Origin: a virus
DNA length: 64,000 nucleotides
Virus record (IMG/VR): IMGVR_UViG_3300026097_001055
Location: 50,891 to 114,890 of that record
Strand: one strand, 5' to 3'
Shown: positions 9,972 to 21,900 of the stretch, one piece after another
How the letters are laid out: each line of letters starts with the position of its first letter
How positions within the stretch are numbered: the first letter of the stretch is position 1
Translations under genes and position numbers: made by a program
The notes under the pieces: model-generated
The model's input: the letters and a program-made list of their open reading frames with translations, nothing else
Database searches by the model: none
Told to the model about the DNA's origin: nothing

Positions 9972-10016
9972 TAAACTTTAATAGTTTAGTAAACTTAAAA
10001 TATTTGCATACATTTA
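9972..10016 (+). promoter_or_regulatory. Putative late promoter: palindrome TAAACT-N5-AGTTTA plus -7-like TACATTTA
   Basis: TAAACTTTAATAGTTTA at 9972-9988, an extra TAAACT half-site at 9990-9995, and TACATTTA at 10009-10016. Confidence 0.5.
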
Positions 10017-10038
10017 CAGTATAAAATAAAAAATAAAC

Positions 10039-13000
10039 ATGGCAACGTACATACAAGGTCTAACTCAATATTTACCTCAGATACAGCCTTTTCAAAGGGA
10101 CTTTAATTTTTTTGCAAATGTAATGCAAAAAAAACAAACTGAATATGATTCGGGTCATCAAGCTATGAATAAGCTTTATGGCTCCATTTTTTATTCTGAT
10201 GTAAGTAGAGCAGACAACCAAGAAAAGAAAGAAGAGATTTTAAAGTCTATAGATTATAATTTAAGAAAAGTATCAGGCTTGGACTTATCTTTAGATGAAA
10301 ACGTTAGACAAGCTAAACAAGTTTTTAAACCTTTCTATGAAGATCAAAACTTAATGAAAGATATATCTTATACTAAAACTTATCAAAATGCTGTACAAAA
10401 AGGTCTTTCAGCTAAAGACTGTGTAGGTAAAGATTGTCCAGATGTTTATTGGGATGGTGGTCTTAGACTACTTAATCATCAAATGAAAAACTTTAAAAAT
10501 GCTTCTGCTGATAGAGCTATGCAAATGCGTAATCCTACTTATGTTAATAAATTTAATATGATGAAGGAAGCAGCTAAAGCAGCTAAAGAAAATAATTTTG
10601 AAATAGTTTTTGAAGGTCCTAAGAATGGTTATATGGTTAAGGAAAAAAATGGTCCTAATGCTATAGCTCCATTATCTGATTTTCTATACCAAATGTTTGG
10701 AGATGACGCTAGAGCCATAGATTACTATGGTGCTAAAGCACAGCTTAATTTTTATGAAAATCCTGAAGAAACTATTAATCAGTATGAGCTTCAAAAAATG
10801 AGAAGCCGTGCTAAGGACGCAGAGGATTACAAGAATATGATTGAGGAAAAAAGTAAAAGACAAACTTTTGAAAAAAATAAAAGAGTAATCACCACTGCTG
10901 AAAATAATACTCGTTCAGAATTACATGAAGTAAAAGATAGAAGAAAAACTTTTCAAGATTATGCTACTGAAATGGGTGAGGCTTTTAAAGCATCTCCTGC
11001 TAAACAAGCATATGATGAAACATTACAAGAGGAAAATGTTAAACAAAGAACTTACGAAAATATAAAAGGTCTTAGTGACAATGTTAGGAATATAAATTAT
11101 TTTGATGAAGAAGGTAACCCTGTTGCTGAAGATGTTATTGTTGGAGTAGTTGCTCAAGGAATGATGATAGATGACATTAGTAATTCAGCTAAAGTAATTG
11201 CTAATAACACCTATGAGCAAACAGTTAAAGGTCCTGATCCATATGCTATGGCTAGATATAAGAATCAACTTCAAGTAGGTTTAGCTAATTACAAAAATGA
11301 ATTAAAAAAAGATTATGCTAGATTTGAAGCAAATAATGAACTTGTAAATGATTTAATAGGAGGTAAAGGTAAAAGCAAAAAAGAAGGTAAAAAAACTACA
11401 GATCCAGTAGAGTTAACTAAACAAGAAGAAGCTAAAATAAGAAAAGAAGCTAGTGATAAACTAAAAGAAGAACAAGGAAATGTTGCAGATGAAGACTTAA
11501 AAATAGCAGAGGATAATGCTGTAGAACAAGCAAGAGCTGACAAAAAAAATAAAAGTAAATTAGAAAAAGCTCAAGAATTTAAAGATAAAGAAAAAGAAAT
11601 TATAGAAGCTTTTGAATCAGGTGATCTTACAAAAGAACAAGCTAATAAATTGAATGAAGTTATGCAAGAGACTTTTGAGGATATAGGTGAAGATGAGGAA
11701 GGTAACTTAATACTATTAGCTCCTACAACTATAGACAAAAAAGATGCAATAAACACTTATGAAAAAAAAGATATACCTAAAAATATTACAAATATAAGTG
11801 CTTTAGAAGCTATGTCTTCTGATGAAGACGAAATAAGTTATACAGATGAAGAGGGTACTTTGCAAAATATTGAGTTAACTTTTTCTGATATGAAAAATGC
11901 TATTGATAATCAAAGTATACAAAATGCAGGAATCATATTAAAATTTAATAAAAATCTAAATGAAAATACAAATTATATAGGTTCTGTTATAGGAAAAACT
12001 GTATATGACTCTTTAAAATCCGAAGATCCTTCTGTTGTAGCTGCTGCTAATCAAGTATTAAGAGGTGTAGGTGTTGACCCAAATGCTTATACAAATAATG
12101 CTGATGATTTAGAAGATGCTATTGTTGATGTTATTAATAATAATCCTGAAAAGTTTAATGATTATTTTTTAGGAAATGTTGTTATTTCAGACAGGGCTGA
12201 AGAAATGTTTAATAAATATAGAGATGAAACTCCAACGGATATAATAAATAAATATATAAATAAAACCTCAACGGAGGTAATAAAAACTAATACTTACAAA
12301 GGGGTAACTTTACCAAAAAATCATAACCCATTTACTTTATTAACAGTAGGTAAAAAATTAGGAATATCTAATGAGACAGTTACTAGATTAAAAATTCAAG
12401 AAGATTTAAAACAAAAAGTTTCAACTCTTTATGAAAATTACGATAATAAAATAAATGATGCTCTTGAATACGGAGCCTTATCAAGGCACAATAAAAATAC
12501 TAATGAAGCAAAAAATACTTATGATGCTTTAGATGAAAGTCCAAATACTTATTTAATGGATAATTATCCTACGATGACTCAGTATATAAAAGCTGGTGAA
12601 AAACTAGTAAAACAAACTGTACCTAGTACTTTCAAAAGTCAATTTAGTAGATTTCTTAGAGATGAAAGTAAAAACAATTATGAAAATTTAAAAAAATATC
12701 ATGAAGATAATCCCGATGTTTTATCTGGAGTTTCGTCTACAAGTGTAAATATTCAATATTTTGAAAAGATAAGTGATTTTAAAGAAACATATAAAGAATC
12801 TTTTAATGAAGACTTTAATTTTAGTTTTGCAGAAATTATACGTTTAGATAAAGCTGGTTTATTGTCAGCAGGAATACCATCTTGGATTGGTCCAGCTGGA
12901 GCACCTCGAGAAAAAGAACCAAGACCTATATTTAAAAAAAATAAAGAAACTGATGACTATGAACTTACACCTGAAGCTATAGCTGGAGGAATTAAATTTG

Positions 13001-14025
13001 ATAATGAAACAAAAAAATTAGATTTGTCTAATATATTTATATCGGCATCTTTAAAAAATATAATACCTTCTTTAGAACAAAACAAAAAAAGACAAATTAA
13101 TATAGTTGAAGATCTTCAAGAAGTAAAAGGTTTTACATCTAAAGGTATGTATTCAGGAACAGATGCCGATAGTGATTTTGGATTTCATTCTTTTGGTATG
13201 ACAGCTACTACTAATTTATCTAATTATAATATAGATGAAATAGATAATTTACGTGATGCTTTAAATTTAGGAAAAAAACTTTTTAATCAAAAGTCAAATG
13301 GAATTCCTATTATTCCAGATTTAAATGATGATAAAAAAATAGGAAATACAAGAGCTGTAGTACAAGTCAAAGATGAAGATGTTTATAGAAATGGCACAAA
13401 AGAAGAACAGGAGACTTATTTAGATCTTTATGAAGACTTAACTTCATTAGAGTTTTCTGAAACTATGGATAAATTAGATACAAATGCTCCTAAAATTAAA
13501 CAAACATTAATAACAGAATCAGGTGCATATGGATATGGATTTTTAGAAATTGAGTTAGATGATAAAGGAGACTCTTATAAAAAGTATAAAGTAATTTCTG
13601 AAGACTTGTATAAAAGTTTATCTAAAGATAAAAAGAAAAAAATAAAAGACGATGGAATAAAAATTTTACCAAAAATACGTATACACATACCTCAAAATGA
13701 ATATCAACCTTTTATCAAAGCAAATAAAAGTATTGCTTTTAATACATTTAAAGCTAATGATAAAATAGGAGATTTAGATACTTTTGATGCTGAAATAAAA
13801 ATAGAAAACATAAATTCTGAAAAAATTACTTACTCTACTTTATATAATAAATACTATAGAGATTCTAATACAGATGAAATAAAATTAAAAGTTGTAGAAA
13901 TAGAAGGTAGCGAATATCCTGCTAATGCTGAAGAAGATTATATGAGTATAATAACTAAATTAATTTTAACAGGTCAGGCTTTAAGTAAACAAAGTTTAAA
14001 AGAAGTTAATAGTGATGATCAATAA
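10039..14025 (+). CDS. Large helical virion/ejection protein
   Basis: 1328-aa ORF starting MATYIQGLTQYLPQIQPFQRDFNF; coiled-coil rich; DPYA motif; only two Cys (CVGKDC); lies directly before the giant ejection genes. Confidence 0.55.
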   Translation: MATYIQGLTQYLPQIQPFQRDFNFFANVMQKKQTEYDSGHQAMNKLYGSIFYSDVSRADNQEKKEEILKSIDYNLRKVSGLDLSLDENVRQAKQVFKPFYEDQNLMKDISYTKTYQNAVQKGLSAKDCVGKDCPDVYWDGGLRLLNHQMKNFKNASADRAMQMRNPTYVNKFNMMKEAAKAAKENNFEIVFEGPKNGYMVKEKNGPNAIAPLSDFLYQMFGDDARAIDYYGAKAQLNFYENPEETINQYELQKMRSRAKDAEDYKNMIEEKSKRQTFEKNKRVITTAENNTRSELHEVKDRRKTFQDYATEMGEAFKASPAKQAYDETLQEENVKQRTYENIKGLSDNVRNINYFDEEGNPVAEDVIVGVVAQGMMIDDISNSAKVIANNTYEQTVKGPDPYAMARYKNQLQVGLANYKNELKKDYARFEANNELVNDLIGGKGKSKKEGKKTTDPVELTKQEEAKIRKEASDKLKEEQGNVADEDLKIAEDNAVEQARADKKNKSKLEKAQEFKDKEKEIIEAFESGDLTKEQANKLNEVMQETFEDIGEDEEGNLILLAPTTIDKKDAINTYEKKDIPKNITNISALEAMSSDEDEISYTDEEGTLQNIELTFSDMKNAIDNQSIQNAGIILKFNKNLNENTNYIGSVIGKTVYDSLKSEDPSVVAAANQVLRGVGVDPNAYTNNADDLEDAIVDVINNNPEKFNDYFLGNVVISDRAEEMFNKYRDETPTDIINKYINKTSTEVIKTNTYKGVTLPKNHNPFTLLTVGKKLGISNETVTRLKIQEDLKQKVSTLYENYDNKINDALEYGALSRHNKNTNEAKNTYDALDESPNTYLMDNYPTMTQYIKAGEKLVKQTVPSTFKSQFSRFLRDESKNNYENLKKYHEDNPDVLSGVSSTSVNIQYFEKISDFKETYKESFNEDFNFSFAEIIRLDKAGLLSAGIPSWIGPAGAPREKEPRPIFKKNKETDDYELTPEAIAGGIKFDNETKKLDLSNIFISASLKNIIPSLEQNKKRQINIVEDLQEVKGFTSKGMYSGTDADSDFGFHSFGMTATTNLSNYNIDEIDNLRDALNLGKKLFNQKSNGIPIIPDLNDDKKIGNTRAVVQVKDEDVYRNGTKEEQETYLDLYEDLTSLEFSETMDKLDTNAPKIKQTLITESGAYGYGFLEIELDDKGDSYKKYKVISEDLYKSLSKDKKKKIKDDGIKILPKIRIHIPQNEYQPFIKANKSIAFNTFKANDKIGDLDTFDAEIKIENINSEKITYSTLYNKYYRDSNTDEIKLKVVEIEGSEYPANAEEDYMSIITKLILTGQALSKQSLKEVNSDDQ

Positions 14026-14047
14026 TGATATTATTATTTAAAAAATA

Positions 14048-17000
14048 ATGGAAGAAAATCAAAATATTAATCCAGAACAGATAACTAATCCTGAACTCAT
14101 TAATGATGAATTAACAGCTGATGAATTAACAGTTGACGAATTAACAACTGATCAATCAACAACTGATGAATCAACAATAAGTTCAGAACCCGTAATATCT
14201 CCGAAATACACTCAGCAAGAAGCTTTTTTAAGAGCTGCAGCAAATCGTGAAAGTATTGAAATTGATAAAAATATATTATCTAATGTAGCTAATGAAGCAA
14301 ATAAAAACGTTAATCAGTATGCAGCAATGGCTAAGCATGGTGTTAACTATGGAAGTGCTAACAGAGGAGGTTTAAATTTACAAAGATATTATAACAGAGA
14401 TGAGTTTCAAAAATTAGGATTTAACCCATTTATAGATAATGAATCTTATTATCAAGCTAATACTACAGCATGGGATGATTTTAGAGCAGCTTATCAACAA
14501 AGTTGGAACTTAGCTAAGCAAGGATTTTTTAGTTATTATAGTGGGCAAACTGAATATGAGAAAGCAGATGCTTATGAAAAATATGCAAACATAGGAACCT
14601 CCCAAAGAGAAGGTGCTAGTAGGATATTCAATAATGTAGTATTAAATGCGGGATACACAGTAGGGTTGTTATCAAGTATTATAGTTGAAGAAGTAGCTAT
14701 AGGTCTTTTAACAGGTGGTATAGGTAATATAGGTAAACTAGGTGTAACTGCAGCTAAAGTAGGAACAGGTGTTAAAAAAGCAAATGCTTTAAAAAGAACT
14801 GTAAATGCTGTAAAAGAATTAAAAAATTTATCTAATGTAGATAAAGCAAGAAGTTTATGGCAGGGTACTAAAAACTTAGGAACAGCCACAGTAAAAGCTT
14901 CTACTAACTTTATTCCAGGTGCAAAAACAGCTGAGTTAATTTATAATTGGAAACATTTAGGAAAACTAGGTAAAAGTGCAGGTCAAGCATCTTTTGCTTC
15001 TTTTGGTGCAAAAGCTGCTCATACATTTGGTACCTTTTACAGAGAAGGAAGAGAAGTTTTGTTAGCATATGATGAGGCACAATTAGAATCAGGAATGATT
15101 TATAATTCAATTATGGATGAGCTAACTATGCAATATAAACAAGACAATAATGGTAATTTACCTTCTAAAGAAGATTTAAATGCTTTTCATGATATTGCAT
15201 ATGATAGATCTATGAAAGGATTTACTAAAAATATGGCTATCATATATGGAACTAACAAGATTTCATTTGGAAATATGTTTAATAAGTTAGCACCTTCTTT
15301 AGCAAGAAAAACTGCTAAAGGTTTTCAAAATTCTGGTGGTAAGATCGTAAAAGGTTTTGATGGTAGATCTGCTAGAGCTGTATATAATAAAGGTATTTTA
15401 AACATTAAAGGTTCTGCGGCTGAAGCGTGGAAAGGGGTTAAGAATTATAAATCTACATTAAAAGCCATTCCTGGTTTTATTGGTAAGAATGCATGGACTT
15501 ACACAAGAGCAAATGTAGGAGAGGGTATTCAAGAATATTTTCAAGAGGTAATACAACATGCTGAGCAAACATCAGCTAAAGATCTTTATGCTAAATATAA
15601 AAGCGGAGTAAGAGGTGTTGCTTTAAATCAAGCTATGGAAGACATGTCTTTTGCTGAAAATTATGGAAAAGCTGCATCACATTTTTGGAGTGGTGAAGGG
15701 TTAGAAATATTTGGAACAGGTGCTATGATGGGGTTCATAGCAGGTCCTTATTCTAAATTTGTTGGTAAAGTAGGTCAAGCTAGATCAGAACTTTGGCAAT
15801 ACAGAAATAAAAAAACAAGAGATGCCCGCAAAGCTCATATGCAAAAAGAATATGATATCTTAGATAAAAAAGTTGAAAATTTTAATAAATTATCACTAGA
15901 TGAAAAAAAGAACTTATATAAGTATGTTGAGTTAATGGGTAATCAAGCTCAGTATGATGAAGAAATGAAGGATGCTGTTGACCAAAATGATGATAAGAAA
16001 TTTTATGATGTTCAAGATGAAGCTTTAAGTGAATACCTTTTAAGTGCTTTACAATTAGGAATGCTTGATAATTTTGAATCAGGTTTAAAAGACATGCTTA
16101 ATTTGTCAGAACAAGAATTTACAGAAGCTTTTGCTGATCAACTAGGATTAGATCCAGAACAAAGCTTGAACCTTAAAAAAAGAGCAACTGATATTTTAGG
16201 TTCAGTAACAAATATAAAAGAAGGATACGAAACACTTAATAACATTTTTCCTGAAATATATGATTTTACAAATGAAAATCCTGAACTTTTTGATGGGGTA
16301 AGTATAGATACTCTTAATGATATGCGTAATAAATACATATCAACACTTATACTTAATCAAAGACAACTTAATAGAAATTTAGATAGATATCAAAAATTAC
16401 AACAATCATTAATAGGTGTTGATAATCCTTTTAGGGATGTAGGTGCTGTATCTTTAAGTTCTTTAAGTAATCTTGTATCTAATACTACTTTAGCTAAAGA
16501 ATTAAAACTACTTGAAACAGAAATAAACACTATTAAACAAGGTAGGGAGTCTGCTCAACAAATGGTTGGTACTCAGAAACAAGTAAATGAAGCTACTAAA
16601 GAATTAAAGAAAAAAGAAAGACTTTATAAGAAATTGAGTGAGATTTATGAAGTAATGCAAAAATTTGAAACTCAATCAAAAAAGTATTCACAAATTACAG
16701 GAGTACAGAATATAGAACAATCAGGAAGAGTTAATTTACTTAAAGGCACATACCTTAATTATTTAGTTAATAAGTCTAAATCAGTTTCTGCAAAAGTTAC
16801 CGGTGTAAAAAAAGTAGAAGGTAAGCCAGCTTTACTAACTATAGAATACACAGAAGGAGAAGGTAAAGATAAAACTAAAGTAACTAAAGAAATAGAATTT
16901 GTAAAAGACAATATTTTAGAATTACAGATTGATGCTGGTACAGAAAGTATGACTATTTCTAAATCAGCACAAGCTAAAATAAAATCTTATCTTAAAGAAA

Positions 17001-18985
17001 TAGCTAAAGAAGCTAACACAACTGTAGATGAGTCTAAATTTGAATCATTCATTAGAAAGTTTTTAGATGCTAGACTTTTAAAAATTGAAGAGATTGATAT
17101 AGCTAATGTAATTGAACAATTACTTTTACCAGAGGTATACAGTGAATATATAGCTAAACAGTTAGCTAGAGCTAAAGATCTGAATAAATACTTTGATGCT
17201 ATATTAAAATATGATTTAGAAACATTTACTGAAGCTGCTATTACTAATCAATTTTTAGCTCAATTGGTTAATGACCATAATATATTCCTTACAGCTGATG
17301 ATGTTGTAGAATTACTTACAGGACAGATTCCAGCAGATTTAAGATTGTTTGATATTAAGACATTAGAACAAGTAAACCCTGGAACAGAAAGATATATAAA
17401 AGCATTAGCTGATATTAAAGAACATGTAGAGTCAACTGATGAATTTAAAAAAGAAAGAAAAGCTAAAGAAGAAGCTGAGAAGGCCGCTAAAGCTAAAACA
17501 GAAGAAGAAGTAGTAGCAGAAGAAGAAGAGGAAGCACCAGCATCTACTGAAGAGATTACTGTAAAAATGATTACAGATGATGTACCTAATAACTTAAATA
17601 ATATACCAAAAGAATTAAAAGATCTTATTCTTAAAAGAATTACAGAGTTTAATGAAGAACTTACAAAAAGTATTGATCAAATTACAGAACCTGAACTGAA
17701 AAAACTTTTAGCAGCTCAAAAACTTACAATAGATACATTGTCTAAAGATAATGAACAAATGTTAAGAGATGCAATAGATGAATACAACAATAAAGCATCA
17801 GAAAAAACAGCTCAATCCACAGAAGAGAAAAAAGAAGAGTCTGCTGCAAAACCAAAAGCTTCTGAATCAACAGCTACTAAACCATCTCAAGTAAGCATTG
17901 CTGATTTTACTGGAGAAGGTTATGAACAGGCTCATGAGTATTTAAAAAGATTACTTGACGGAGGTTATGCATTGTTTAAAATTAAATCTACAAATGATTT
18001 AATGAAAATTATTGGTAATCAATTATTTCATTTAGCTACAGTGCAAGTAGATGGATCTTCAGCAAGTAGAACAAAAATTTTACTTACACAGGAACAACTT
18101 GCTAAGTTTATACCTAATATATTAAAAGCAGAAAGTCAGAATACTTCTTTTGCTATTACATTTGATAATGTTAATACTATTTTAGATTCTACAATTACTA
18201 CAACAACTCAGGGAAGTGTAATAGATGACTTTAAGTTTTATATGTACCCTACTGAAAAGTCAGGTATTTATCAATATCCTATAATAGTAGATGATAAAAC
18301 TTATTATGTAGAATCAGAAGAGATTGCTGATTTCTGGTCAAAAGATAGTAAAACAGCTCTTTATTCATTAGATGTTACTAACTTAACTGAGTTTAATAAA
18401 ACAGAAGCTACTGATACTAAAGCTTTAGATGAATTAGAAAACGAATTAATTACTTTACTAAATAATCTTACTATAGATAATTATTATGATACTGTAAAGG
18501 CAACTCAAAAACTTATAATTGATTATAACTTGAACTCAAAAAATAAAGAAAAAGTTAAAGAAACAGATGCTTTAGAAGCGTTAGATCTAAAGTTAGAACA
18601 ATTAAAGAAAACAATAACTATAGATAACTTTAAAGTCTCTAAAGATAAAGTTTATCAAAAAACTGGTATTTCTAAAACTTATACCGTAAAATCTATTAAT
18701 AAAAAAGATAAAAAAGTTACCTTTGAATCTATAGGAGATGGTAAATTTATGACTTTAGCCGAAGAAAATTTATATCAAATGAGAGAAGTTAAAATTGATG
18801 AAGAGGGTACAACAGCTGATGATGTTGTAGAAACACCTATGTCAGAAGAAGCAAATGAAAAATTTGAAGGTACTAAGAATACAACAGATACTTTAACAGC
18901 TGACCAAATAAAGGAGGCGGTTGATTCAGTAACTGGAGAAGAAAACCTTGAAGATTTAATGGATGGTCTAGAAGAAATATGTTAA
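14048..18985 (+). CDS. Giant ejection protein with Gly/Ala-rich membrane-like segments; its only Cys is the C-terminal residue
   Basis: 1645 aa. Hydrophobic segments VVLNAGYTVGLLSSIIVEEVAIGLLTGGIG and LEIFGTGAMMGFIAGP, a GEGIQEYFQE motif, coiled coils; ends ...GLEEIC. Confidence 0.65.
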   Translation: MEENQNINPEQITNPELINDELTADELTVDELTTDQSTTDESTISSEPVISPKYTQQEAFLRAAANRESIEIDKNILSNVANEANKNVNQYAAMAKHGVNYGSANRGGLNLQRYYNRDEFQKLGFNPFIDNESYYQANTTAWDDFRAAYQQSWNLAKQGFFSYYSGQTEYEKADAYEKYANIGTSQREGASRIFNNVVLNAGYTVGLLSSIIVEEVAIGLLTGGIGNIGKLGVTAAKVGTGVKKANALKRTVNAVKELKNLSNVDKARSLWQGTKNLGTATVKASTNFIPGAKTAELIYNWKHLGKLGKSAGQASFASFGAKAAHTFGTFYREGREVLLAYDEAQLESGMIYNSIMDELTMQYKQDNNGNLPSKEDLNAFHDIAYDRSMKGFTKNMAIIYGTNKISFGNMFNKLAPSLARKTAKGFQNSGGKIVKGFDGRSARAVYNKGILNIKGSAAEAWKGVKNYKSTLKAIPGFIGKNAWTYTRANVGEGIQEYFQEVIQHAEQTSAKDLYAKYKSGVRGVALNQAMEDMSFAENYGKAASHFWSGEGLEIFGTGAMMGFIAGPYSKFVGKVGQARSELWQYRNKKTRDARKAHMQKEYDILDKKVENFNKLSLDEKKNLYKYVELMGNQAQYDEEMKDAVDQNDDKKFYDVQDEALSEYLLSALQLGMLDNFESGLKDMLNLSEQEFTEAFADQLGLDPEQSLNLKKRATDILGSVTNIKEGYETLNNIFPEIYDFTNENPELFDGVSIDTLNDMRNKYISTLILNQRQLNRNLDRYQKLQQSLIGVDNPFRDVGAVSLSSLSNLVSNTTLAKELKLLETEINTIKQGRESAQQMVGTQKQVNEATKELKKKERLYKKLSEIYEVMQKFETQSKKYSQITGVQNIEQSGRVNLLKGTYLNYLVNKSKSVSAKVTGVKKVEGKPALLTIEYTEGEGKDKTKVTKEIEFVKDNILELQIDAGTESMTISKSAQAKIKSYLKEIAKEANTTVDESKFESFIRKFLDARLLKIEEIDIANVIEQLLLPEVYSEYIAKQLARAKDLNKYFDAILKYDLETFTEAAITNQFLAQLVNDHNIFLTADDVVELLTGQIPADLRLFDIKTLEQVNPGTERYIKALADIKEHVESTDEFKKERKAKEEAEKAAKAKTEEEVVAEEEEEAPASTEEITVKMITDDVPNNLNNIPKELKDLILKRITEFNEELTKSIDQITEPELKKLLAAQKLTIDTLSKDNEQMLRDAIDEYNNKASEKTAQSTEEKKEESAAKPKASESTATKPSQVSIADFTGEGYEQAHEYLKRLLDGGYALFKIKSTNDLMKIIGNQLFHLATVQVDGSSASRTKILLTQEQLAKFIPNILKAESQNTSFAITFDNVNTILDSTITTTTQGSVIDDFKFYMYPTEKSGIYQYPIIVDDKTYYVESEEIADFWSKDSKTALYSLDVTNLTEFNKTEATDTKALDELENELITLLNNLTIDNYYDTVKATQKLIIDYNLNSKNKEKVKETDALEALDLKLEQLKKTITIDNFKVSKDKVYQKTGISKTYTVKSINKKDKKVTFESIGDGKFMTLAEENLYQMREVKIDEEGTTADDVVETPMSEEANEKFEGTKNTTDTLTADQIKEAVDSVTGEENLEDLMDGLEEIC
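14105..14179 (+). repeat. Degenerate 15-bp in-frame tandem repeat x5 (DELTA DELTV DELTT DQSTT DESTI)
   Basis: GATGAATTAACAGCT-like units that diverge stepwise along the array. Confidence 0.85.
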
Positions 18986-18988
18986 GAT

Positions 18989-21900
18989 ATGAAATGTAGT
19001 TTAAATGTAGAAGCACAGTTAGGATTTACTAAGATTTTTTCTAGTGGTTTATTAAATATAGCAAAAGATCCTGCTAAATTAGAAGACTTTAGTTTAGAAA
19101 CTTATGTTAATTATTTAGTCAATGCCTTAGAATCTAAAGGCAAAGATCGTGAAGTAATACTTAATTATGTAAGCATTATACCATCTATAGTTGGTCAGCT
19201 TATTCCATTGACACAATTTAAACCTTTAAGACCAGGTTTAAGAGCTACAGAGTCCGCAGAATTATTAGATCTTATTTCAGATGCTCAAGGTATAGAAGAG
19301 TTAAATGAAATTTTTTTTGAGAAGCCTTCTAAAGACCAACTTAAAAAAGATTTAAAAACTAACAGAGATAACAAAAGAGTAGATCAAGCTAATGCTGATG
19401 AGGAAGTTAACGAAAATCCTCCATCAGATCCTGAGTCAGAAAAAGAAATGGCTGCAGAAATAACTCTTAATGCTGTACCTGATTCTGTTTTAGCATCTAC
19501 TCAACAAGTAATTGATGAAGATGGAAACATAAAACCTGAATATGTTTTTTATAATACTTTTCTAGCTGATTTATCTGATATGCTTGCCGGTGATACTAGT
19601 GCAGAAACATTGGCTAAAATGAGTTTTACTGATACTGAAGGTAAAACAGTTAAAGGTATTACTGTTAGAATGGCTTTCTTATCACAAGTAGTTACTAACA
19701 TTAATAAAAGAAAACAAAACGGGATTGATACAAATCCTGAAACAAGTAGGGTAATGCCTGTGGTTATATTCACAAACAAAAAAGGTGAACCTATTTATTT
19801 TAAGAAAGAAGACAACGGTATGTATACAGTTTATACTGAAGAGGAAGCTCGTGAAGAAAATGATGCATTACCTGTATATTTTGCTGTTAGAGCTATAGAA
19901 AAGAAAAAGGGTAGATGGGTTTCTAAAACTAAAATACAAACACCTTTAGATATATTACAAACAAGTAAAGGTGGTAAAAGAGCTTTAGAAAAATATAAAG
20001 AGGAAGACCCTGATGGTTACAATGCAGATCTAGAAAGAATAGATATGCAACAACAACAGGAATTTCTTATGTTACATTTAGCAAAAGAAAAACTAAAATC
20101 TACAAAACTCAGTAAAGTTAGAAACTTATTAAATAACCATTTTAAAGGAGGTACATACTTTTTACAAGGTACTCTTACTAAAAGAGGTACAGGTAAATCT
20201 AGAAATTTTAATGTTACTGATGCTAAAGCTGCACCGGAATTAAAAGCAGATGACGTTAAAAACATGAAAGTTTTCATAAATGATAATTTACAAGAAATCA
20301 TAGATGAACAGAAGCTAGCAGGATTTAAAGTAATGGAACGTAAAGGTGTTTACATTACTCAGATGAAAAAAAAACCTAAACTCAAAACTAAAGATGGTTC
20401 TGAGTTTAATGATGTTTATGAAATACAATTAAAGTTTAAAAAAACAGTTAATGGTAAAATAAAGTATACTACAAAAACAATAGGTGTTTTACAAGCTACA
20501 GAATTTAATACAGCTAATACTTCTTCTATAGAATTTGCTGGAATAAGTAAAGGTTACATAGCTGTAGAAAGAACAGCAGAAACTAGAACTTCATCAATTA
20601 AATGGGAGTCATCAGATGTTCCATTTAATCCAGCATTAGGAGGAGCAAAGGTTAGATCTACAGGTATTAATCCTGGTGAAATATATATCCCAGCCGGAAA
20701 TACAAATATTCCATTACAAATGGATTCTATATCTAATGAAGATATAAATACTATTAACTCTTTACTTTTTGATAAGGATTTAAAAACACAAGCTAGTGTT
20801 AAGAGTAGAGTTAAAGAACTAAGTAATGAAGATAGATTTAAAGCTTTAGCTACAATTTTAACATTAGGTGATAGAAATGAAGAAGGTGCACAAAGTCATA
20901 TTTCCGGAATACAATATTATCCAAAAACAGGAAAGGTTATTGTAGATGGAGTTACTATAAAACTTGATGATCCTGCATCTGTAAAAAGAGGTAAAGAATT
21001 AGTAAAAAGTTTACTTACTGAAACAGTAACTACTAAAGCAGGTAAAGACTCAGGATACACTAGAATTAAATATAAAATATCAAATACAGTTTTAAAAACG
21101 GGTGGTAATATAGAAACCTATAGTATTGAAAACGGGATTCTTAAAAGAGTTAATGTTAATGTTTTAGATTTCATAAAAGACAATTCTATAATCAGAGTAG
21201 TGCCTTTAAATAATGAAATTAAATATGTTAATGGTTATGTTAGATTTAGTCTTAGTGAAACAGCAGTTGCTGAGAAAGAAGGTATGCCTACTGAGGCTGA
21301 AGAAGAAGTAATAGAAAAAGTTACTCCTAAAAAACCTGTAGCTAGAAGAAAAACTACACCTGTTAAGAAAGATATTAAAGTAACACCTCCTAAGTTTTCA
21401 GAAACTAAGCCTGTTGATTTAACTGATAGAGGAAATGTAGGTGAACAAAGAACATTAGATGATGATTTACCAACCATAGATGACCTGTTAAATAAAGCTA
21501 AGAATAGCCCAGAGTTATTAGATTCAGATCCTGTGTCTGATGCACAAGCTAAGGCATGGTTAGAAGGCCCTGGAAAAGCTTTATTCAATAATACTGGAAT
21601 ATCTTTTAACAGAGCTTTTGATGTGGTTAATTCAAACGCTTTTGGTACATTCAGAGATGGTGTAATTTCATTATGGAAAGGTTCTGATTATACAGTAGCT
21701 TATCACGAAGCATGGCATGCTTTTTCACAACACTTTGTAACAGTTGGTGATAAAATAAAACTATATAATTATGTAGCTAAAACAGATTCAGGTAAAAAAG
21801 CATTAGCTGAATATGCTAAAGAAAAACAAATTGATGTAGACTCTTTAACTGATATTCAAAAATACTTTGCTGTAGAAGAACTTATTGCTGAAGACTTCAG

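Noticed and set aside
18980-18997. Stop read-through fusing the 1645-aa protein to RNAP (TAA GAT ATG is in frame)
   Set aside because: TAA is rarely read through, and the equivalent second junction (29624-29629) is out of frame, so it is not a general mechanism.
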